The notes under the pieces are model-generated. The model saw only the letters and a program-made list of their open reading frames with translations. It had not been told where the DNA came from and ran no database searches. From Octopus sinensis (lineage: Eukaryota): DNA of 64,000 bases. Positions within the stretch are counted from its first letter, which is position 1. The number at the start of each line of letters is the position of its first letter. The stretch spans positions 1,798,001 through 1,862,000 of the forward strand of contig NC_043022.1 of assembly GCF_006345805.1 (NCBI RefSeq), given 5' to 3'. Of this stretch, positions 1 to 12,657 are shown piece by piece. Position numbers and translations under genes: made by a program.

Positions 1-173
1 TTTTTTTAAAATCGTAGACTCATCGTAGATGCGTGCTAATACCCAGAAGGGCTCGATATGAATCACAACTATAAGATACCCACTTTTGGTTACACTGCAC
101 CGCAAAATGTGGGAGTAGTTAGGAATCTAAATCGTAGGAGACAGACACACAACTTCACTTTTATATATAAAGA
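1..173 (-). mobile_element. Helitron-like non-autonomous element, 5' end (runs off the window); same family as 46978-47615
   Basis: The reverse complement starts A|TCTTTATATATAAAA and aligns with the first ~170 bp of the element at 46978 (shared CCTAACTACTCCCACATTTTGCGG and GATGAGTCTACGATTTTAAAAA). Confidence 0.8.
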
Positions 174-504
174 TATATATATATATATATATATAAATGT
201 ACAATACATTTATAATATATATATATATATATATATACACACTGAAATATATACATATATATATATACATATATTTGTGTGTGTATGCACTTGTCCCCGC
301 CCCCACTATTGCTTGACAACCTATGTTGGTGTGTTTATGTTCCCATAACTAGTACTTATCCTATCGGCAAAAGAGGCCGATAGGATAAGTACTAGGCTTA
401 CAAAGAATAAGTTCAGGGCTTGGTTTGTTTGACTAAATGCGCTGCTCCAGCATGGCCACAGTAAAATGACCAAAACAAGTAAATGACTGACATTATCATA
501 ATAA

Positions 505-663
505 TATATATATATGGCGTTAGGAAGGGCATCCAGCCGTAGAAACATTGCCAGATCAGACTGGGCCTGGTGCAGCCTCCTGGCTTCCCAGACCCCAGTT
601 GAACCGTCCAACCCATGCCAGCATGGAAAGCGGACGCTAAATGATGATGATGATGATGATGAT
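505..663 (+). mobile_element. 3' end of RTE-type LINE family with (GAT)n tail
   Basis: GGCGTTAGGAAGGGCATCCAGC...CCAACCCATGCCAGCATGGAAAGCGGAC plus (GAT)n; same motif as the longer copy at 5710-6322. Confidence 0.75.
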
Positions 664-840
664 ATATATATTTAGGTTATATTCAAGTACATGCAAAAGT
701 GTTTGATGTTTCTAGCTTATTCTCTTCGACAGAAAGGATTAAGAGGAAAACGGAGAGAGAAAAAATGTGCAGAACTCAAGGGTCCAACATGAGGAGATGA
801 CTGGAAGAAAGAGGCTGAATGAAAGGGAGATAATGTGTGT

Positions 841-1580
841 CCCCTAACACATGGACCTGTGTGTGTGTGAGTGTGTGTGTGTGTGTGTCCAAACACATGG
901 ACCTGTGTGTGTGTGTCCCCAAACACATGGACCTGTGTGTGGTGGTCCCCCCAAACATATGGCTCTGTGTGTGTGTGTGTGTGTGTGTGTCCCCAAACAC
1001 ATGGACCTGTGTGTGTCCCCAAACACATGGACCTGTGTGTGTGTGTGTGTGTGTCCCCAAACACATGGACCTGTGTGTGTGTCCCCCCCCCCCCAAACAC
1101 ATGGACCTGTGTGTGTGTGTGTGTCCAAACACATGGACCTGTGTGTGTGTGTGTCCAAACACATGGACCTGTGTGTGTGTGTGTGTCCAAACACATGGAC
1201 CTCTGTGTGTGTGTGTGTGTGTCCAAACATGGATCTGTGTGTGTGTGTCCAAACACATGGACTGTGTGTGTGTATCCAAACACATGGACCTGTGTGTGTG
1301 TGTGTGTATCCAAACACATGGACCTGTGTGTGTGTGTGTGTGTGTCCAAACACATGGACCTGTGTGTGTGTGTGTCCAAACACATGGACCTGTGTGTGTG
1401 TGTGTGTCTAAACACATGGACCTGTGTGTGTGTGTGTGTGTGTGTCCAAACACATGGATCTGTGTGTGTGTGTCCAAACACATGGACCTGTGTGTGTGTG
1501 TGTGTATCCAAACACATGGACCTGTGTGTGTGTGTGTGTGTCCAAACACATGGACCTGTGTGTGTGTGTGTGTGTGTGTC
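841..1580. repeat. Minisatellite: ~22 copies of CCAAACACATGGACC separated by variable (TG)n
   Basis: Units counted directly; spacers are TG runs of varying length. Confidence 0.95.
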
Positions 1581-2488
1581 ACTATCTGTATTATTTTGTT
1601 TTGGTGAAACTTCTCAAAGAGACTTGGAGACTTGTGTGTATTAAAAAGAACACAAGACTCGTTCAGAATGGAAGTGGCAGATTGTCAGGCGTAGTGCTTC
1701 AACCTCATTTAGGCTTAGGTGTTTGGGGGCACCCCCACCCCCACGAAAAAATGGTTCGGTGTTTTTTTAATTGCTTAATCAGGAGATAAGGTAGTGGCCA
1801 TGACACTTTACAGAACAATAGAGATTGGTGGGGAAAGAGGGAGAAGGTGTCCTTAAACTGGACCCCTGACCTGAATACCTGTACAACAAAGTGGACTCTG
1901 TTAAAGGCAGCTCCCAAGGTGTCAGGGGGTGGTGCTAAACTGGGTGACTGACCTTTACAGGGCCTCTTAGAGGGAGGAAGATATGCTAAAACCAGAGACT
2001 GGGTGGTTAAATGCTTGAAACAGAGTGGACCCTATTAAAAACACTCATTTCGTCAGGTGGTGGTACTAGACTGGGTCACCTTTACAGGGCCACTAAGACC
2101 GGAGAGAGTGTCTGTGTGCATGCATGTGTGTGTGTGTATTGTATGTGTGTGTGTGTGTGTATGTGTTCTGGCTTATATTTGTGTCATCATGCCTGTGCTT
2201 TTGTTTACTGATGCGGAAAAAAACACACACAAAAAAACCCCCCAACAGTAACGTGTGAAAGAGTGTAGATTAGAGATTTGAGGAATATGGTTTGACAAAA
2301 CAAATGCCAGCCTGAAAGAAGTTTTGATATGATATACTAAATTAAGCATGAAGGGCCACAGCCCAGCATAGATGTAGCTGAATAACCAAACTTGTCCCTC
2401 CCATGTTGTCTTCTCAATAAATAATTAAATAAATAAATAAATGCGATCGTATGTTATACATACATGTGTGTGTGTATATATATATATA

Positions 2489-2693
2489 GTATGGCAATCC
2501 CTCAAGGTCGAGGATGATGGTCTTCGCGCAAATTTATTGGTGAGTCCGCAGGTGACTGATAAGACCAGTGCGGACATCTAGTGCCGGAAGGGAGAGTCGC
2601 ACGTGGTTGTTGTTGGCGCTCCTTCCGTCGTCGTCTTTTCTCCTCCAGCTCTGCAGACCTTTTCGACTCAAAATTCGCCGTTCCCTCATGGAT
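2489..2693 (-). mobile_element. 5'-truncated RTE-clade LINE 3' end with an internal deletion
   Basis: The minus strand reads IHEGTANFESKRSAELEEKRRRRKERQQQPRATLPSGTRCPH, then shifts frame to GLISHLRTHQ* (RTE C-terminal Cys/His motif), followed by a short 3' UTR and (TA)n. Confidence 0.85.
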
Positions 2694-2944
2694 ATATATG
2701 TATATGTAGATAGATAGATAAATATATTTTTATAGACAGACAGAGGGAAAATTTACTCCTTTGGTAGTCAGAAATTGCTCATGATTTATTGATTGATAAG
2801 TTTAATTAAATTATGGATTCTGAACGTTAAGAATTTGGTGGACAATCATAGACTTTGTCCACTCAAACGACCCCCTAAAACAACAAATAATTAAAAGTCA
2901 GGAAATCCAATTTATGAGTGGAAAGATTAATATTAATACTGGTT

Positions 2945-3155
2945 TGATAATTTGGGCACAAAGCCAGCAATTTTGGGGAGGGTGTAAATCAATTGCATCG
3001 ACCCCAGTGCACAACTGGTACTTATTTTACCGACCCTGAAAGGGAGAAATGAAAAGTCGACGTTGGCAGAATTTGAACTCAGAACGTAAAGACTGACGAA
3101 ATACCGCTAAGCAATTTGCCCGACGTGCTAACGACTCTGCCAGCTCACCGCCTTA
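2945..3155 (-). mobile_element. tRNA-derived SINE, family B
   Basis: The reverse complement begins GGCGGTGAGCTGGCAGA and has a B-box-like GAGTTCAAATTC plus the GGGTCGGTAAAATAAGTACCAG core. Confidence 0.8.
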
Positions 3156-3899
3156 AGATTAATAGTGATCTTCCTATTCACAGTAAACAGTCAAATGATG
3201 TTGAATTCCTTAACGAAATATATTTAACAGGAAGCATTTTACGATCTTATGCTCTCTCTCTTACAAAAGCCATAGTGAAAGCAAAAGATGTCATTTGAAA
3301 AGCAAATGATATAAGAGTTGCCTCCCTTGTTTGCACCCCGACACGACATTATAGTCACGCAATTATACATAAGATATATCAGACCCTTCACACTCACGCT
3401 CTATTACTTGACTATGGCTTCTGTAATGTTAGGGCAAATGATAAATACCTTTTACACTTGGCATAAATCTTGCTATATTTGCATTTGACGAAATGTTTCT
3501 GGAAGGGTTTCTATATAATATACTCCACACAGTTGGTCGGACTGATATTGCTTTGTTGTCTCCCCTTATATAAAGGTAGATTACTCTACTTGACTCGGAT
3601 GTTTAATGCGATCTTGCTTGATCAGGCAGGAAAAGCTGGGACATCCAGCTGTGAATAACACCCATCTTTGCATCATACAGGAAACAAAAGAACAGCGTCG
3701 CGGCAGAATGATGTCTTAGCTTTTTAACAAATAGATAAATAAATAAATAAATATTCTCTATTGCTTGCTATGAGTACCTTTTCCCTCGCTTGTTAAACCA
3801 AAGACACGTTTACGTACACAAACATACACGTACGTACATATTTATATACGTAGGTACGTACATGCATTATATACAATTTTATTGACATTTAGATACGTT

Positions 3900-4655
3900 A
3901 AGGCAGCGAGCTGACAGAATTATTAGGACACCGGGTAAAAATACTAAGCATTATTTCAGCTGATTTTGCGCTCTGAGTTCAAATTCCGTCGATGATGATT
4001 TTATAATAATAATGAATTATTGTATACAGTGCTCAGGTGCACCACAACTTGTCAAAAGTGCGTATAAAGTACATGCAGTAATGCAGAAATGTCTGGAAAG
4101 CGAACAATGTATGAGTCAGATACATGCTTGTGTGCGTATGGAGGGGAGAAAATCAAGTGTAGTGTTGGCGAATCTCAGGAAGCATGGAAGTTTTGAAGGA
4201 TGCAGTGCTCCGACAACTAACAACTGATGCCGGCAGTTTGTTCCATGCTTCAGCAACTCTCAGCGTGAAAAAATGTTTCCTGAAGTCATGGGAGCTGTGC
4301 TGTTTTCTGACTTTGTAAATATGTCCACGGGTGTTAGACAGGTGGAGTTTGAAAAGGTGCTCAGAGTTATTGTATTTTGTCTTTCATCATTCCGACATCG
4401 ATAAAATAAATACCTATTTCTTTATTACCCACAAGGGGCTAAACACAGAGGGGACAAACAAGAACAGAGACACGGATTAAGTCGATTACATCGACCCCAG
4501 TGCGTAACTGGTACTTAATTTATCGACCCCCGAAAGGATGAAAGGCAAAGTCGACCTCGGCGGACATTTGAGTACTGGGGGGGGGGGTCGATGTAATTGA
4601 TTTTAACCTCCTGCTCTGAACTTGCTGGTCGTGTGCCTATAGTAGAAAGGGACAT
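3900..4655 (+). mobile_element. Old SINE-B copy split by a CR1 insertion and by a second, antisense SINE-B piece (about 4414-4566)
   Basis: The head at 3900-4000, core at about 4375-4413 and tail at about 4567-4655 are colinear with the SINE-B consensus once the inserts are removed. Confidence 0.65.
4003..4372 (-). mobile_element. CR1-like LINE 3' fragment with (ATT)n tail
   Basis: Near-identical to 56640-57067, whose minus strand encodes the CR1-type TRGH...RKHFFTLRVAEAWNKLP C-terminus. Confidence 0.85.
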
Positions 4656-4698
4656 TTAGATACATAAGCGACTCAACGGGACGTGATTTGTGTGTGTG

Positions 4699-4737
<39 letters not shown>

Positions 4738-5084
4738 ATCGAAGTACTACACTAGTACTTCATTTATCGACCTCGTGAAAATGAAAGGGAAAGTTAACCT
4801 AAGCAGGATTTGAACTCAGAATGTGGACATTCAAAACGAGTATCGCAAAGTATTCTACCCACATTAAAATGTCCCCTTTGAACTTTTTTTTATATAACTC
4901 ACTGACGTTATCTCCTTCATAGATAGCAACCATCCTACCACGGCCGGGGGAAAAAAAAAAGAAGAAAAACCAATTTAATGCTTCTGAGCGTAGTTGCAGC
5001 CATGGATATGTAGTTCAGAAGATCAATCCCTTGAATCAACAGTCTTCTAATATAGGCTGATTGTCTATTACTTAGCAGTATACA

Positions 5085-5291
5085 TACGAGGATGCTGAAA
5101 AGTCCCTGGCTTTAAGGGTGTTGGGGGCCCAACCTTCCGAGTTCTTTTACAGGGCTTAGAAAAACTGAAGGACCACTGCAATAAGTGTGTGAATCTGAGA
5201 GGGGAATATGTTGGATAAAATCATAATTAACTGATCCTCATTCTGTATTTTCTGTCACCCAAGACTGGGAACTTTACAGCATTCCCTCGTA
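5085..5291 (+). mobile_element. mariner-derived MITE (~205 bp)
   Basis: TA-bounded terminal inverted repeats (TACGAGGATGCTGAAAAGTCCCTGGCT and its degenerate complement); an internal piece reads KCVNLRGEYVG*, a mariner C-terminus. Confidence 0.75.
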
Positions 5292-5709
5292 ATTGTGGCT
5301 TCACTGAAGGGTGATGGCAGCCACTACATATTTCTCAAGAAGTCAGAGACCAGACGAATGTAATGAACCCGACAATGTGCATCTCGCTCTCCTTAACACA
5401 CAGAAAGGGGATTATGGCTGATCCTCTTGTATTTTCTTTTACCCAAAGTCAGAATTGTTTTAGCACCTGCTCGTATGTCAAGCATTCGCTAGTTACTTTA
5501 GGTGATTATGAAGTTATGAGCAGACACATAGAAAGTTTTCTTTCTTTGACCCAGTGGAATATTCTAGAATACTTTACTTATTGAAGTATGCAAGGATGAA
5601 AGGCAAAGTTTGTCTCAACTCGAACTGAAATCAGAGTGAAGAGTATCGGAACACTTATTGAAATGTATTTGTCCTAGGTGCTGATGACTTGGCTTATCAA
5701 TAACCTTGT

Positions 5710-6322
5710 GTTTTGGCCTCACTGAGGCAATGACTAGTGATCAGGACCTTTGGAAATATGCTGTGCTTGAGAAGACTCAGCAAGCTCAAGTGAGACCATA
5801 ACCTTGTGGCCTATGCCAGGGATGTAACCAGCCCACTTATGCGTACCTTTCCTTCATTGAACACTAAACTCTGCTTGCGAAGACCTGTTGAGGCAAGTGA
5901 AATTGAAATCGAAATCAAATTCGATGACTGGCATCGATGCTAGTGGAGTGTAAAGAGTACCATATGAGCATGATCATTGCCAGAGCAACAAGCTGGCCTC
6001 CATGCCGGTGGCATGTAAAAAACACCATTCGAGTGTGATCGTTACCTGCGTTGCCTTACTGGCACTTGTGCTGGTGGCACATGAAAAAACATTCGAGCGA
6101 GGTCCGTTGCCAGTACTGCCTGAATGGCCCTCGTGCCGGTGGTATGTAAAAGCACCCACTACACTCTCGGAGTGGTTGGCGTTAGGAAGGGCATCCAGCT
6201 GTAGAAACTCTGCCAGATCAGATTTGAGTCTGGTGCAGCCATCTGGTTCACCAGACCTCAGTCAAATTGTCCAACCCATGCCAGCATGAAAAGCGGATGT
6301 TAAACGATGATGATGATGATGA
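5710..6322 (+). mobile_element. RTE-type LINE 3' end: last codons, repetitive 3' UTR and (GAT)n tail
   Basis: Reads GLTEAMTSDQDLWKYAVLEKTQQAQV, then a 3' UTR with repeated TGCCGGTGGCATGTAAAA units and a GAT tail; the same ORF end is seen at 62180-62830. Confidence 0.75.
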
Positions 6323-6482
6323 TATATATATTTTCTCTCCTTGTTTTTTCTGTGTCCCTTTCTGTAGAAGAGCGTAGGCTCGAAACGTAAAAGATTTTTC
6401 TATTCCTGAGCATTATACTAATACATCTATTTGTTTTGTACACCACCTGTCTTCGTCTTTTGTTTTTTTCGTAAACTCTCCC

Positions 6483-6521
<39 letters not shown>

Positions 6522-6984
6522 GTTTATCAATTGGAGGAGAATGGAGTAATTGGAACAAGAGCACACACAAAAACAAAGTGTCACTGAAGAGGCCACAGAC
6601 GTGTGATGAAAAATTCCTGGACAATGGACATGAGTTAAAATAAAGAAAAAGAACAGTAATAAATGAGTGAAGAACAAACACAATGCATGTCGTTTATGTG
6701 GCGAAAAAAAAAATGACCATCCTGAAATACAATATATACAGCATGGCCCAAAAGTGGGTTTACAATTATCACGTAGGCACTTTACATTTCTTTTAAAACA
6801 TTTTATTACATTTAAATTCCTATCTTACAATTAACTCAATTAGCATAGAATAAGGCTTTCATATTTTTTTATAATTAATATCTAAACTGTTAATATATGA
6901 ATGCGAAAGAGTTGAATAACTGTAAACCTACTTTTGGGCCATATTGTGTATATGTGTGTGTGTATATATATATATATATGTATA

Positions 6985-7206
6985 TACGAAGCGGTGTTAA
7001 AAAGTTCCTGGCTTTAGGTGACAGAAAATACAAGAGGATCAGTTAATCATGATTTTATTCAACTTATTCCCCTCTCAGATTCACACACTTATTGCAGGGG
7101 TCCTTCAGTTTTTCTAAGTACTGAAAATAAACTTCAAGAGGTTGGGCCTCTAACCAGGACTTTCATGACACCCTTAAAGCCAGGAACTATTCAGCACCCC
7201 CTCTTA
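6985..7206 (-). mobile_element. mariner-derived MITE, same family as 5085-5291
   Basis: Same TIRs; the internal segment is inverted relative to the 5085 copy. Confidence 0.75.
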
Positions 7207-7626
7207 TATGTATATGTATGTGTGTATGCACGGATACACACACACACACACACAAATGTACACTTGCATATGCAAAATCTATGTGAGTTTATACACAAAT
7301 ATTTATATTTGTATATATATATATATATATATGCACATGTATGTATACATAACAAGCTCATACTCATGAACAAATTTGATATTTCCCATTAATAATCTAG
7401 ATAAAAATCATGAACTGTCTATATAGATATATCTATATTATTGCATATGTGTGTATCTATGTGAATAGACACATACACATTTATTCATATATAAAAATGT
7501 ATATATGATTATGCATGGCCACATGTGTGTGTGTATATGCATACACATACATACGAAAGGAGATGATAAAAAGCGCAACATTCAGAAGATGAGAGAAACA
7601 TGACAATGAAGGACAAAACAAAGAAA

Positions 7627-8037
7627 GGTGCAGGAGTGGCTCTGTGGTAAGTAGCTTGCTTACCAACCACATATTTCTGGGTTCAGTCCCACTGCATGGC
7701 ACCTTAGGCAAGTGTCTTCTGCTATAGCCTTGGGCCAACCAAAGACTTGTAAGTGGATTTGGTAGATGGAAACTGAAAGAAGCCCTTCATATATATATAT
7801 ATGTATGTATGTATGTATGTGTGTGTATAGGTTTGTGTGTGTGTTTGTCCCCCCAACATCGCTTGACAACTGATGCTGGTGTGTTTATGTCCCTGTAACT
7901 TAGCGGTTTGGCAAAAGAGACCGACAGAATAAGTACTAGGCTTACAAAGAATAAGACCTGGGGTCGATTTGCTCAACTAAAGGCGGGGCTCCAACATGGC
8001 CGCAGTCAAATGACTGAACAAGTAAAAGAGTAAAGAG
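7627..8037 (+). mobile_element. tRNA-derived SINE, family A (full length, internal (TA)n(TG)n)
   Basis: Head GGTGCAGGAGTGGCT..TGGTAAG and B-box GGGTTCAGTCCC, a CORE-like CACCTTAGGCAAGTG segment, an internal microsatellite, and a 3' GACTGAACAAGTAAAAGAG end. Confidence 0.9.
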
Positions 8038-8323
8038 ATAGAAATTACAATAATAATAATAATAATAATCCTTTCTTCTATAGGCAGAAGCCCTGAAATT
8101 TGGGGGAGGGACTAGTTGATTACATCAACCCAGTATGCAACTGGTACTTAATTTATCGACCCCTGAAAGGATGAAAAGCAAAGTTGACCTCAGCAGAATT
8201 TGAACTCAGAATGTAAAGATAGACGAAATAACACTAAGCATTTCGCCCAGCATGCCAAAGTTTCTGCCAGCTTTAACAACAACAACAATGATGATGATAA
8301 TAATAATAATAATAATAATAATA

Positions 8324-8737
8324 GGCGCAGGAATGACTGTGTGGTAAGTAGCTTGCTAACCAACCACATGGTTCTGGGTTCAGTCCCACTGCGTGGCATC
8401 TTGGGCACGTGTCTTCTGCTATAGCCCCGGGCCAACCAATGCCTTGTGAGTGGATTTGGTAGACAGAAACTGAAAGAAGCCCGTCGTATATATGTGTATA
8501 TATATATATGCGTGTGTGTCTGTTTGTGTGTCTGTGTTTGTCCCCCTAGCATTGCTTGACAACCGATGCTGGTGTGTTTACGTCCCCGTAACGTAGCGGT
8601 TCGGCTAAAAGAGACCGATAGAATAAGTACTGGGCTTACAAAGAATAAGTCCTGGGGTCGATTTGATCGACTAAAGGCGGTGCTCCAGCATGGCCACAGT
8701 CAAATGACTGAAACAAGTAAAAGAGAGTAAAAGAGAG
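8324..8737 (+). mobile_element. SINE family A, full length
   Basis: Same architecture as 7627-8037. Confidence 0.9.
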
Positions 8738-8959
8738 AGCAATGGTTTCAAATTTTTCCACAGAGGCAGCAATTTTGGGGGAGGGTATGAGTCATTTACA
8801 TCGATCCCCACAGCGTAACTGGTACTGATTTAATCAACCCTGAAAGGATGAAAGGCAAAGTCCAACTTCGCCAGAATTTGATCCCAGAACACAGTGACAG
8901 GCGAAACACTGCTAAGCATTTCACCCAGCCCGCTAACGATTCTGCCAGCTCGCCACCTC

Positions 8960-9004
<45 letters not shown>

Positions 9005-9335
9005 GATGGTGATGATGATGGTGATGATGATGATGATGGTGATGGTGATGATGGTGATGATGGTGATGGTGGTGGTGATGGTGATGATGATGGTGATGAT
9101 GATGATGATGGTGATGGTGATGATGGTGATGATGGTGATGGTGGTGGTGGTGGTGGTGGTGGTGGTGATGGTGATGATGGTGGTGGTGATGATGGTGGTG
9201 GTGATGATGGTGGTGGTGATGATGGTGATGGTGATGATGATGATGGTGGTGGTGATACTGATGATGATGATGATGTTGATGGTGATGATGATGTTGATGA
9301 TGATGGTGATGATGATGATGATGATGATGATGATA
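8960..9335. repeat. (GAT/GGT)n trinucleotide array
   Basis: Direct reading; it explains the poly-D, poly-M/V and poly-S/P ORFs. Confidence 0.95.
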
Positions 9336-9961
9336 GCTTTATAAATTCAGGAAACTTTGAGAAACTAGTCCCAGTGCAAACGTAAACAGAAACCCCGAAT
9401 GTATTTGTGTTCTTAAGTTGTGTAACATTGTAGATTAAATGGAGATAGGGCAGGTATTGATGATGTATAAGGTTTGTTTGTTTGATTAACGGGACGAAGG
9501 GTGTGATGAGGGTGACGGTGGTAACGGGGAGTGGCTGGGGCAATAAAGGGGTTATGGTGTTGGCAGGGAGTTCATCAGGGGGGGGCCTTCGAAGGACTGA
9601 CAAGGATTATTTCTCTCTCTCTTTCTCCTTCACTCTTTCTCTGTCTGTCTGTCTGTCTTTCCACCTCTCTTTTTTCAACATAATCTAAGCAGGAACGTTC
9701 CCTCTTCTCACACACACACACTCATATGTGCACACACACATACACAGACACACACTCATATGCACACACACACTCATACGTGCACACACACACACACAAC
9801 TACATATAAATGCAACAGTTTCTAACCAATAAAAACACACACATGCATCCACATATACATATAATCACCCCCAAAATCAAACAAAAACTAATACATACTA
9901 ATAAATAACATATGCACGTCGAGGCACATACACACACATATATGTATGTATATATATATAT

Positions 9962-10369
9962 ACTCTCTCTTTTACTCTTTAACTTGTTTCAGTCATTTGA
10001 CTGCGGCCATGCTGGAGCACCGCCTTTAGTCGAGCAAATCGACCCTGGAACTTATTCTTTGTAAGCCCAGTACTTATTCTATCGGTCTCTTATGCTGAAC
10101 CACTAAGTGATGGGGACATAAACACACCAGCATCGGTTGTCAAGCAATGCTAGGGGGAACAACCAACACACAAACACACACACATACATATATATATACA
10201 TATATACGACAGGCTTCTTTCAGTTTCCGTCTACCAAATCCACTCACAAGGCGTTGGTCGGCCCGGGGCTATAGCAGAAGACACTTGCCCAAGATGCCAC
10301 GCAGTGGGTTTGAACCCAGAACCATGTGGTTGGTTAGCAAGCTACTTACCACACAGCCACTCCTGCGCC
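9962..10369 (-). mobile_element. SINE family A, full length
   Basis: Reverse complement of the family A consensus. Confidence 0.9.
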
Positions 10370-10400
<31 letters not shown>

Positions 10401-10408
10401 ATATATAT

Positions 10409-10792
10409 TGTGGCACTCTGTTGGTTATGACCATGAGGGTTCCAGTTGATCCGATCAACGGAACAGCCTGCTCGTGAAATTAACGTGCAAGTGGCTGAGC
10501 ACTCCACAGATACGTGTACCCTTAACGCAGTTCTTGGGGGAGATTCAGCGTAACACAGGATGTGACAAGGTTGGTCCCTATGAAATCACGGGTACAACAG
10601 AAATAGGAAGAAAAAGTGAGAGAAAGTTGTGGTGAAAGAGTACAGCAGGGTTCACCCCCACCCCCTGCCAGGGCCTCATGGAGCTTTAGGTGTTTTCGTT
10701 CAATAAACATTCACAACAGCCAGTCTGGGAATCGAAACTGCAATCCTATGACCATGAGTCTGCTGCCCTAACCACTGGGCCATTGCGCCTCC
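10409..10792 (-). mobile_element. tRNA-derived SINE, family C
   Basis: The reverse complement begins GGAGGCGCAATGGCCCAGTGGTTAGGGCAGC; colinear with 26431-26813 and 38501-38884. Confidence 0.85.
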
Positions 10793-10943
10793 ATGCATAT
10801 ATATATATATATATATACACACACATATTATATATATACACATATATACACACACCACACACATATATACATATATATTATATATATATATATACACACA
10901 CATTAATATTAATACACATATATATACACACACACACACATAT

Positions 10944-10996
<53 letters not shown>

Positions 10997-11082
10997 ATAC
11001 ACACAATATATATATACACATATATCTACCACACACCACACATATATACATACACATATATAACACACACACACACACATAT

Positions 11083-11136
<54 letters not shown>

Positions 11137-11539
11137 ATATACACACACAGACAAAAATGCTCACAAGCACCCACACCGTCACACTTTCAAGTACACTCCC
11201 CATTCTGCTTCCATCGCCAGACTTTAAGGAAGTCAGGGATGGATGGGTAGAGGGAGCAGGTACCCATAATCTTCATCCCCACCGTTGCTTCCTTCACAGT
11301 CTTATCCAGCCAGTTTATCTATCTCTGATTACCTGCTTATCTTTTATCCCACTATCGGCATCATTCCATCAAACTGAGAAAGAAAAAGGGTGGTATAAGG
11401 GTAGAAAAAGGGTGAAATGAAGACGGAATAAGAGTGTTAGGAAGGCATAATGATTTCTTTCTTAGATACAGGAATACTTTTAGTTTTCTAAGGCAGAGAA
11501 AGGTCTCAGCAAGGTAACACAGTCTGCTGGGTATTCTGT

Positions 11540-11760
11540 CCATCCGGCCAACCAACCAACCAACCAACCAACCAACCATCCATCTATCCATCCATCCATC
11601 CATCCATCCACCCACCCACCCATCCACTCACCCATCCATCCATCCACCCACCCATCCACCCATCCATCCACCCATCCATCCACCCACCCATCCACCTACC
11701 CATCCATCCACCCATCCATCCATCCATCCATCCATCCATCCATCCAGCCAGCCAGTCAGC
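11540..11760. repeat. (CCAA)n and (CCAT/CCAC)n tetranucleotide array
   Basis: Direct reading. Confidence 0.9.
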
Positions 11761-12254
11761 AAGTGAAGTAAGGCAACTTGACAACCAGCCAACAAACCAA
11801 GCAAGCAAGCAAGCAGCCAACAAACAATCAGACAATTAAAGAGAAATAGCTAACCAATCAGCCAATTAACCAATCGGGTAACAAGTGAACAAGCCAGCCA
11901 ATCAGGTCAATTAAGAAGACAATCAACTAATCAGCCAACCAGGCAGTTAACCAATCAAACTATTTAATCAGGCAGTTAATGAATTAATCTGGCAACTGAC
12001 CCCAATGAAATTAATTAATTGCGCAATAAAATGATAATTGTAAAAGTGACAAGCTAGAAATATAAATGTATGGAGGATGTGGTTCGTTAGAATTTGATGT
12101 CATCAAATGTTTTATTGTTGCTGAAATGAAAGGGTCCCAAACGCACTCAGGATATTTTTAGGGACCCTGCTTAATATCATCAACTCGTTATTGTTACTCG
12201 TTACTGCAAAGGCTCTATTCCAAAAGCAATCACAATAATAAACTTCTGTTGTGA

Positions 12255-12657
12255 GTGTAGGAGTGGCTGTGTGGTAAGTAGCTTGCTTACCAACCACATG
12301 GTTCCGGGTTCAGTCCCACTGCATGGCACCTTGGGCAAGTGTCTTCTACTACAGCCTTGGGTTGATCCAAGCCTTGTGAGTGGATTTGGAAGATGGAAAC
12401 TGAAAGAAGCTTGTCGTATATATATAATATGTGTGCGTGTGTGTATGTTTCTGTGTCTGTGTTTGTCCCCTCCCCCCCACCATTGCTTGAGAACTGATGT
12501 TGGTGTGTTTATGACCCCGTGACTTAGCAGTTCGGTAAAAGAGACCGATAGCATAAGTACTAGGCTTATAAAGAATAAGTCCTGGGCTCGATTTGTTTGT
12601 CTAAAAAGAAGGTACTCCAGCATGGCCACAGTCAAATGACTGAAACAAGTAAAAGAA
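12255..12657 (+). mobile_element. SINE family A
   Basis: Same architecture as 7627-8037. Confidence 0.85.

Noticed and set aside
690-800. Minus-strand acceptor leading to ENKLETSNTFACT*
   Set aside because: AAG acceptor and no good donor; a similar purine tract occurs at about 23290, so it may be repeat-derived.
841-1580. CRISPR array
   Set aside because: Spacers are only (TG)n, the unit is 15 bp, there are no cas genes, and the context is eukaryotic.
7627-7700. tRNA genes at SINE heads
   Set aside because: A/B-box-like motifs are present but no complete cloverleaf, and they continue into SINE bodies.
8830-9603. Pro/Ser-, Asp/Gly- and Met/Val-rich ORFs
   Set aside because: All frames are open because of the GAT/GGT repeat; no splice or homology support.
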